Assembly: GCA_021432655.1 (NCBI GenBank)
Contig: MU271388.1
Location: 55,938 to 75,937 of the forward strand
Reading direction: 5' to 3'
Length of the DNA stretch: 20,000 bases
From: Atractiella rhizophila
Taxonomy: Eukaryota
The notes under the pieces: generated by a model
Databases searched by the model: none
What the model saw: the letters and a program-made list of their open reading frames with translations, nothing else
What the model was told of the DNA's origin: nothing
Part shown: positions 12,333 through 20,000 of the stretch, piece by piece
Position numbering within the stretch: the stretch's first letter is position 1
How the letters are laid out: every line of letters begins with the position of its first letter
Position numbers and translations under genes: made by a program

Positions 12333-13241
12333 AAGAAAGCTAATTGTCTTTTGTCATTTCCCAAGCAATTTATCATCCATGAATGCAATTTAACGTATTT
12401 GCGACATTTCGATGCCGCTCCCTGGCCCGCAACCAAGTTATTTCGCGGAAAACGAGAATTCCAAGTAGCCAGCTCACGCTCAACCACAGTCGCATGGTCA
12501 ACAGTCGGCACACGGTCGATTCCCGGCTCTAACGTGTTCGTGTTAGAATCGAGAGACCCCTGTTCGAGGACGAATTGGAAGTCATTTTGCGACACGCTTG
12601 TGTTTGTATCAAACGCGCTGGTTGAAAGGAGTAGAGTGGGGTTGCTCAGGAACTGCTAAAGAAGATTGTCTCTGTCTCTGTAGTTTTGGGAACAAAATTG
12701 TCCACAACGGCAGCGCGTCCGCTCAAATGGTTGTGCGCTTCAGTTTTGAGACATTTCCACCCAAAGCCCAGGTCAAAACGAGACCACTTTTATCGCCGAT
12801 TATAGATCACTCTTGTCTGGCAACGTCGAGACGATGCCTGTGAGAGAAATGCACTAATAAGAGTATTGTTTGATAACTACTAGTTCTCACCAATCTCATC
12901 AGTTATTTCTTCTCCAGCGTCGATTCGTAGACATCAAGCTGACTCCATTAAATGGCACAAGTTTTGACAGGGGAACAGGGAACGGGGGCAGGTCTTTTTC
13001 GTTTTCTCATCTAACATAAGCTTTGGGCGGTGTGGGATGGGTTATAACCCTCGGGGGCGATGAGTTTGCGACCTCTTCCTCCGCGCCATTCATGCGCTCG
13101 CTCTGGACGGAGCTTGGTCCTTCTCATAAGCTTCCATTTTACAGTTTCTGTACCTTCACTCCCCTCGTTCCCTTGTTCCTTCGTCACTTCTACGCATCTC
13201 GAGATTTTCAGCCCATACCTCCTTCAGGCATTCGAGAATCA

Positions 13242-16200
13242 ATGTCCCAAAGCTTCTCGCGAGATAGACCTCAGGATCCCCTCACAGAGATCAGAAAGAC
13301 CAACTCTCGTTTTCTTCGCATTCTCTCAATCGATGGCGGTGGTATCCGTGGTCTCTCAGCTCTCTACATTCTCGACGCGATCATGCAGCAGGTTCAGGCA
13401 ATTATGAATATTCCTGAAGATGTCATACTTTGCCCTTGCGATTTCTTCGATCTTATTTGTGGGAGCTCGACGGGAGGATGGATCGCGATCATGCTTGGGA
13501 GGCTCAGAATGTCGGTTCGAGAATGCATCGAAGCTTACGTGCGAATTGCAGAAGTCGTATTCGCGAATAAGAAGGCCATCCGATCACAAGATGGTTATTT
13601 TGCATATTCAGCAGAGCACCTCAAAACCGGTTTTCAGGTTCTCGATACTCTCAAACCTGGAGTATTGGATCTGCCGATGGCTGATCGTGACTGTCCTGCG
13701 ACTTTTGTCCTTTCCAGCTATTCTGCTAATGCTGCTGTCGATACTCTTATTCGCTCCTACTCCATCAAACCTCGGGAGCACCAACCACATGCAGGCCATA
13801 GCAATTTCAATATATTCGAAGCGATCCAGGCGACCTCTGCATGTCCCGGATTCTTTCCTCCGGTCATTTTCGATGCGGCAAAATATAACGAAAGTGTCAC
13901 AATGAATCCCTCAAAATTTGCTCAAGAGGAAGTGAAGAAGATTTGGGGACCGAATTGTTCAGTATCATGTTTTTTGTCACTCGGAACAGGAACCCAGCCC
14001 ACAGTTGACGCTTCAGAATCTTTAGCTGGTCTTGGTTTCTCTGAGCGGGTTCTGAGGGACTGCGGTGTAGTGTCTGTCGAAATGAAAAATTTATATCGAG
14101 GCAAGGATCCCAAGATTTATCACCGCTTTGATGCACCATTAGATAAGATTGGTTGGCACGAATGGGACAAGAAGAACGACACTGTTGGCACCACTCAAGC
14201 CTATCTCACGCAACACCCGCAGAAGGCATTCAAGGTGGCTCAGCTCATTGCTCGTAGTATGATCATGTCGTCACTGCCGCTGTTCACTGAAGCTTTTAAC
14301 AGAGCCATTCGTCTCTCCTGCAATCCCTCTTCCGGATGAAACACTTTGCTACGGTCGCGTGAGCGAAATCGGAAAAGCAGTCAACGCGATTCTAGATGAG
14401 AAGCATGTCGAAATTACTGGCACTGCAGGCATCGGAAAATCAACCATAGCACGTCGAGTTCTCCACCACCCCGAAATTCGGCTCAAATTTTCAACGTTTG
14501 CGAGCGATAATCGATATTTCTTCTCTTGCGATTCTGTGACTACTTTCAAAGAACTTTGTCATCAGCTTAGTGGTCACTTGGGACTAGCATGCGGCCCTGC
14601 TAGTCATGAACTCGGATATCTGGCGAAACGTCTGCGAGAGATCAGATGTCTTCTCATCTTGGATAACTTCGAGACTGTCAGAAATAACGACCCCGAAAAC
14701 CTTGAAGGGTTCGTGCAGGCAGTTACCTCAGACAACAACTCCGTCATTACTTTTGTGCATCGTGGCCAGCAGCCCTTCAGTGTTGAAGATTACAAGCCTG
14801 TCCATATACTTGTCCCATGCCTTGCGCCGGAACATTCCATAGCTCTCTTTCAGATACATTACATCCCACCGAGTGCCTTTCCTGAAGACGTTCGCGCACG
14901 AAAGCTCGAAACGGCCGAGACGACAATAACGAAAATAGTTCAGAAGCTCGATCACCACGCCTTTTCCATCAAGCTTTTTGCTTGCTGTGCACGCGAAAAC
15001 GAGGGAGGAACGCTCCAAGACCTATATGACGAGTGGGCTAGAATCAAGACAAAACTCTTGAAGAATGAAAAGGACAGGACAGCCATCCCTCAGGCGACAT
15101 TTGAAAGCTCCATCACCTTATCACTCAGTTCGGCCCGATTAACAGAAGCAGCACACTTCATTCTCATAATGCTTTCATTCCTTCCCTTCGGTCTCGAATT
15201 CGATGCGATTAAATCGCTTGTACGACTGCCACATTTTGAGTCAAAAGTTTCTACTCTTCTGCTCCAAAGCGGCTTAGTTGAGAAGGAAGCCCCACGAGAG
15301 GAAGAAAATTATCCAGAAGGGCTGAAGGCAATCCATATGCTTGCACCAATCCGGGATTTCATATGTGCAAACTTTTCTTTACCTGGATATCCCGCCGATC
15401 TAACGAAAATCTGTTGCACATATTTTAACAACGATACTTGCTACCAATCCGCTTCTGAACTACCAGACTTGTTTTTTTATACGCTGACGACTAGCCAACT
15501 TCGCCTATATCAGGGCATCCTCTGTCATAATCCCTCTTGGGCATTATATCGACAACAGGCCATTATGAGCTTGACCCTCTTGCGATACGAGCGACATAAT
15601 GCCCGAAAACGAAGTAGCAACAAAATTGACACGAAGGACGAGTTGCTGAAGGAATTCTCAAAACTGGAGTCTGACGTCAGCGAAGCAAGGTTGGAGACTA
15701 TCCTGACCGAACAACCTGTAACAGAGGATGTCGCGAGATACGCCTTGTCAATAGGTAGTGCGCAGTTGATGACCAAGCTTTATGCCCGGGCCGAATGCAA
15801 CCTGTCGAAGGCAAAGGTTTGGTTTTCTCAGTTTTCAAACCACCAGCAGGAAGCCACTTGTGAATGGCGAATTGGGATGACATTGCTCAATCTCAAAAGC
15901 TATGCGGAAGCCGAAAGGACCTTTGAATCCTTTGAGACGATCGTGTCAAGGATTTCCGAAACAGAAATTCAACAGCGCTTTATACGACTTGCTGCCTTGG
16001 CTCAAAATCTGATGATCATGATGAGGGCTCAGGAAGAGTGGAGGCAGCAAAATATTTCTGGGGATGTCAGAAGTGCAGACGAGAGGGAAGTAATGGCGCA
16101 AGCTCTTAAGCGCGACTTCGTGGTTTTTAATCTGCTTGAGGAGATTCAGAGTGAAGGTGAAATTGATGTTGACTATTCCTCTGATGCAACGTACTATCAG

Positions 16201-16317
16201 GCAATGTTGCAAGATGCTCATCCGCAGGGTCAGCAGCGCCGAAAGCCCACCATTCTTTTTTTTCTTTTGCCACCTATTCTCGCTTTTTCTTGTTTCGTAT
16301 TTCTTTACATGTTCTAG
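13242..16317 (+). CDS. NLR-like protein: patatin-like phospholipase + STAND (NB-ARC-like) NTPase + TPR + C-terminal hydrophobic tail; 2 exons (13242-14256, 14303-16317), about 1009 aa
   Basis: Patatin: LSIDGGGIRG (DGGG at 13332), FDLICGSSTGG (GxSxG at 13461), ATSACPGFF, LSLGTG. The 46-nt intron 14257-14302 (GTATGA...TTAACAG) joins the two track ORFs in frame. NTPase: 'CYGRVSEI', Walker A GTAGIGKS (14419), Walker B LLILDNFE, 'HMLAPIRDF'. TPR-like helices at about 15730-15960. An alternative in-frame ATG lies at 13092. Confidence 0.9.
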
Positions 16318-16754
16318 TACCTTCTGGGATAATGTCTCTCGAGTACATAATGAATATAAACTGAAGCAAGAATTCATTCTAGCATCCTTTCTTTTCATTT
16401 GTCCAACCCTCTTCACCATATTTCCATAAGGCAGGACCTCAGTGGTCAATGGGTTGACAAGAAGTTTTCACTCCCAGGTTAAGGAGAATCGAATTCCTAC
16501 TATTATTCATTCGTGACAGAACTACTACTCTGATATTACTATTCCTACTACTATTCCTTCACGAACGGAACTGTTCTGTCAGCCAAATTTGGCTGGGGAA
16601 CAGAGTTAGGGTCAGGCGTTCCAACAAAGCCAGTTGTGAAGCTCTGACTGACAGCTAACATGACAGGGGGAACTCACCGTCGAGTCCCATTAGCTCAGAC
16701 ACGATGGCCAAATTCCTTTGTGAGGGTGGGATCAGCCCCGATGCAAACTGTGAG

Positions 16755-16856
16755 CTGGATCCCAGCAAAGTGTGAGATGGTGGAAAAAACCGCTCATGGA
16801 ACGCAAAGGAAAGGCGTACCTGGATCCCGGCAAAGTGTGAGATGGTGGAAAAACCG
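16755..16856. repeat. Direct repeat pair, about 37 bp, period 65
   Basis: CTGGATCCC(A/G)GCAAAGTGTGAGATGGTGGAAAAA(A)CCG at 16755-16792 and 16820-16856. Confidence 0.9.
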
Positions 16857-17216
16857 GCAAACTGGTCGCCCCGAGGGTTTTGCGCAGGCGGCCGTAGGCC
16901 GCGCGCTCAACAGGGTTTTGTGCTCAATTTCGGGGAGGGCTGCAAACACAAAAGTGGTCGCCATCGAATATTATGGAATGCAAAAACGTAGTAATGATTA
17001 ATGCTTCATCATGGACATAATTTAGACTGATCCAGTGTCTATGAAAAGGAATGTGTCTGTCTCTGAAGCAAAAGAAAAATAAATAAATAAAGATATGGGT
17101 ATGTTGAAACTTGAAATGTAATCGCACCTTCCGACATCAATACCCAAAGTGTTTTCCTATTAAGTCGCTTGAACACAACGTATATGATGCTGTTGTTGCC
17201 CTGTATAACATGTAAT

Positions 17217-17611
17217 AACGATGAGTGAACATTAAAAAAGCGGAGGACAAAACACACACCTCATATACATCAAAAAATGCAATTCCGCATTGCTTCGCCA
17301 TTATCTATCGTATTTTAGACGTGAGTAGCGCAAATGGGAGGCCTAAGATGTAGCTTCAACGACGTATAATGTATATTGGGAACGAGTGAACGTTAAAAAA
17401 AGCGGAGGACAAAATATGCACCTCATATCCATCAAAATATGCAATTCCACATTGCTTTGCCATTATCCATCGTATTTTAGACGTAAGTAGCGCGAATGGG
17501 AGGACTGAGATGTATCTTCAACGACGTATAATGTGTATTGAGAACGAGCGAATATTAAAAAAAGCGGAGGACAAAATACGCACCTCATATACATCAAAAA
17601 ACGCAACTCCT
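17217..17611. repeat. Tandem repeat, unit 161-162 bp, about 2.4 copies
   Basis: The anchor GAG(T/C)GAA..TTAAAAAA(A)GCGGAGGACAAAA recurs at 17223, 17384 and 17546. Copies differ mostly by transitions. Confidence 0.95.
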
Positions 17612-18206
17612 CGCTACCAAACCACGAGTTTTTGCCTAATAAACGTTAGCTCTTCCTCCAACGATCAGCATAAGTCTCTCATCGGTCTCCTCTGACACTC
17701 AAACTTGCGAAAATAACTGTTCTTTTCCTTAAATGATTATCACAACTCGTCGGTAGTTCGGTAAGACCTTTGAAGTTTGCTGTGAGGGAGGTGGTCACTT
17801 TCACTGTATGTACTTCGGTTGTTTCTTCCCGTTGGAACCTCGACATTTCTGAACACCAGCTACGTTCTTCGTTTTCCTACCCATACCACTCTTCTTATGT
17901 TTGTTGGTGTTCGCGCTACAGACACTGCTGTTGAAATACGTAACCAGGTTTCAAGGCATGGGTGACGGGTTCTGGTTGGATGCGTTACAGGGTGAGACGT
18001 TCTTATACAACCCCTTCACCTCGTATCTGCTCTTACGCCATTTCTTCAAAAAGTGCCTATAGTTCCTACCCTTTCACGGTCTACAACTAGTTAGCCACCT
18101 CTACCAGTTGTACGCTCAAAAATACCGTTACTGTACCCATCTCCTTTTCTACCTGACCCAAAACTGTTTTCTTTCCAACGTATAACTTCGTCCCTTTTCT
18201 TTCATC
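17612..18206. CDS. Hidden 3' end of a gene with a C-x2-C-x14-H-x4-C zinc knuckle (readable only as the un-reversed complement; minus strand after correction); possibly transposon-encoded
   Basis: Complement read left to right: exon 17612-17695 (DGLVLKNGLFAIEKEVASRIQRVARGD), intron 17696-17751 (GTGAGT...TACTAAT...CAG), exon 17752-18206 (SIKPFWKLQTTLPPP...KTCGRCKKQKDGYGEKNTNNHKRDVCDD...HIEAGKRK*). No internal stops. Confidence 0.8.
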
Positions 18207-18395
18207 ACCAAGTGAATCACTCATCAGTCTACGTTTACTATAGAAACACTAAAAGTCAGACCCTGTTTATTACATGATCGGAGGTGAAAACTTTAAAAAT
18301 ATTTCTAGTGCAGTTTGATAAGATTTCGTTTCCGTTTAAAACTCGAAAATAGACTAGTTAATGTCGACGTCAACGTTCTCCTGACTTACGTGACA

Positions 18396-18873
18396 ACGCC
18401 TCAGTCTGTTACATTTATATTACACTCAACTACGAGACGAAACAATTATAGGGGAGTTACGATTATTAGAAATATGTAGCACTATCGATCGAGAGTCCGG
18501 AGCGTAAGCTACATGAGTGCGGACTCTATGCTACCTATTACCGCTTCATTATACCTTAGTATACAAACTGTATATATCCCACACATAAAAAAGGAAGCGA
18601 AAAAAACTACAAACGAGTGAGAATAATGCGTAATATGCAGCATTATAGATTGGGGGTTCGGGTAGCGAGGAGCGGGAGTGCAGATTTTATGTTACCTATT
18701 ATCGCTTCGTTACTCCTTAACGCAAAAACTACAAATACTTCACGCACAAAGCAGGAGGCGAAAAAATTACAAGCGAGCAAGAGTTATATGTAATATGCAG
18801 CAACTTCGATGTAGAATCCGGAGGGTAAACGCGATGAGTGCAGATTTTATGCTACCTATTACCGCTTCGTTAT
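18396..18873. repeat. Mirror-image continuation of the 161-bp tandem array, about 3 copies, running into the gap
   Basis: The anchor GAGTGC.GA.T.TATG.TACCTATTA recurs at 18515, 18676 and 18836 (periods 161 and 160). It is the base-order reversal of the 17217-17611 unit. The leftmost copy is degenerate. Confidence 0.92.
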
Positions 18874-19041
18874 NNNNNNNNNNNNNNNNNNNNNNNNNNN
18901 NNNNNNNNNNNNNNNNNNNNNNNNNNNNNNNNNNNNNNNNNNNNNNNNNNNNNNNNNNNNNNNNNNNNNNNNNNNNNNNNNNNNNNNNNNNNNNNNNNNN
19001 NNNNNNNNNNNNNNNNNNNNNNNNNNNNNNNNNNNNNNNNN
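18874..19041. other. Assembly gap (168 N)
   Basis: Run of N. Confidence 1.
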
Positions 19042-19137
19042 GTCGTCGATTTTACACCTGGATGACCGGCGATTTGCGAATCGTGCAGGTCTTGCAAAAT
19101 CGAGCGGCGAATTTCTGTCAGGTTTGCATCTTACGCA

Positions 19138-19263
19138 AATCGGCGCCCGTTCGCCGGATTGCGTCTCCTATCGCCCATTTGCGCTCCCTGCGAATCGGCG
19201 CCCGTTCGCCACTGCGTCTCCCGTCGCCTATTTGCACGCAGTGCAAATCGGCGCCCGTTCGCC
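19138..19263. repeat. Three copies of AATCGGCGCCCGTTCGCC (period about 52-56) in the putative U3
   Basis: Copies at about 19138, 19194 and 19246. Confidence 0.85.
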
Positions 19264-19461
19264 CGTTCGCCCATTTGCGCCTACATCACCACTTAGCCCA
19301 ATTGTGCCTATCCTCCTCTTATTAACTCCGCGTAATCCCACTGTCACTTCCCCTTCTAGTCCTCTCACATGTTTCATCTGCTCTCCTCTACGCTCTGTGG
19401 CAGTGTTATTCCGCTTGTATATATAGATCAGAGAGTAGTGGAGGTGACCTCAGAGTATTCT

Positions 19462-19530
19462 CTTAGGTTTATCTCCACTACAGGTTAGTCTTCATGTCAT
19501 ATCATGCACTTAGGTTTATCTCCACTACAG
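19462..19530. repeat. Perfect 22-bp direct repeat inside the putative LTR
   Basis: CTTAGGTTTATCTCCACTACAG at 19462-19483 and 19509-19530. Confidence 0.9.
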
Positions 19531-19616
19531 ACGCATCGCCTATCGGCGACCGCACATAGTGTCAGCCCTAACAGAAGAATACTCTCTTTACCTTTCAAAA
19601 CAGCGAAACTTAAAAA

Positions 19617-20000
19617 ATGTCGGAAGTTTGGGGAGATATGGAAACGCGCGAATCGCCGACGAGCGAAGAACGCATCCATCGTTTAGAAAGGATGTTCCAA
19701 TCTCTACACCTCACAACCGAAAAGCAGTTCAAAAAAATCGAACAAGATCTCGTAGCAAGTTTCAACCAACAAAACGCGCAAACCTCCCAAAATGCGCACG
19801 AAATTGCGCAACTGAGGTCCGACGTCCAGAACACAAACGACCGAATTTTACAATTGCTGGACTCCAGACTGCCTCCTCCTAGAGACAGTGGGACCACCTC
19901 CCCCTTTTTGTCGCGAACAGACCCAATACCCCAAACTTACTCTCCTCCCTCTATACCTCAAAATGCACAAGTTTCGCCTTATGCAGGAATCAGACTTGCC
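19617..20000 (+). CDS. Gag-like ORF, 5' partial view (128 codons, open at the right edge; absent from the ORF track)
   Basis: MSEVWGDMETRESPTSEERIHRLERMFQSL...EIAQLRSDVQNTNDRILQLLDSRLPPPRD...PPSIPQNAQVSPYAGIRLA: a coiled-coil followed by a Pro-rich linker, the layout typical of Gypsy Gag N-termini. It starts 44 nt after the putative LTR end. Confidence 0.6.
   Translation, partial: MSEVWGDMETRESPTSEERIHRLERMFQSLHLTTEKQFKKIEQDLVASFNQQNAQTSQNAHEIAQLRSDVQNTNDRILQLLDSRLPPPRDSGTTSPFLSRTDPIPQTYSPPSIPQNAQVSPYAGIRLA

Larger units (their letters stand above)
17612..18873. other. Segment written reversed but not complemented (probable assembly artefact next to a gap)
   Basis: 18872 to 18752 read backwards matches 17289-17410 with 4 substitutions and 1 indel. 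Flipping the segment continues the tandem unit in register at 17611. The left-to-right complement contains a canonical intron and a 150-codon exon. Confidence 0.93.
19116..20000 (+). mobile_element. 5' end of a putative Ty3/Gypsy-like LTR retrotransposon (LTR about 19116-19573, PBS-position sequence 19576-19585, gag-like ORF from 19617)
   Basis: TGTCAGG...CCTAACA termini (7-bp inverted repeat, 1 mismatch), internal short repeats, TATATATA at 19418, then an ORF open to the window edge. The second LTR and pol are not in the window. Confidence 0.65.

Noticed and set aside
14337..14339. TGA ending the patatin ORF taken as evidence for two genes or a pseudogene
   Set aside because: The canonical intron 14257-14302 shifts the frame before this codon and restores a continuous protein.
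730..16449. Numerous short antisense or alternative-frame ORFs overlapping the called genes (e.g. 1506-1844, 13420-13905, 15946-16449)
   Set aside because: Shadow ORFs of real coding exons with no motifs of their own.
16755..16856. 37-bp repeats with a spacer of about 27 bp, resembling CRISPR
   Set aside because: Only two copies, eukaryotic context, no cas genes.
16888..16902. GC hairpin as a Helitron 3' end
   Set aside because: No CTRR terminus at the expected distance on either strand.
17381..17695. The 162-bp unit as a 54-aa coding repeat
   Set aside because: Unit length varies from 160 to 162 (not frame-preserving), a TGA is present, and the peptide is unrecognisable.
18678..19426. ORF-track ORFs spanning or flanking the N gap
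   Set aside because: They are produced by the Ns, by the reversed segment and by LTR repeats.
19042..20000. Possibility that the sequence right of the gap is also reversed
   Set aside because: As written it has coherent LTR termini and a 128-codon open gag-like frame. The reversed frame I translated has several stops.

Overview
Fungal genomic DNA, probably basidiomycete: intron-rich genes with short introns (mostly about 45-65 nt) and a FunK1-type kinase remnant. From left to right the window holds the 5' half of an ABCC/MRP-type ABC transporter (- strand, runs off the left edge), a disrupted multi-exon gene with a Cys-His-Asp papain/transglutaminase-like core, an intact 6-exon proline iminopeptidase-family hydrolase, a small SnoaL/NTF2-like ORF, a decayed fungal-type protein kinase, and a 2-exon NLR-like gene (patatin + STAND NTPase + TPR + hydrophobic tail, about 1009 aa). 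A repeat-rich region with a sequencing gap and the 5' end of a Ty3/Gypsy-like LTR element follows. The most striking observation is that 17612-18873 is written backwards without being complemented. It contains a mirror copy (not a reverse complement) of the 161-bp tandem array at 17217-17611, it rejoins that array in register when flipped, and it hides a spliced CCHC zinc-knuckle ORF that six-frame translation cannot see. This is most likely an assembly or gap-filling artefact, but it should be checked against raw reads. All family assignments come from motif recognition by eye; no searches were run.
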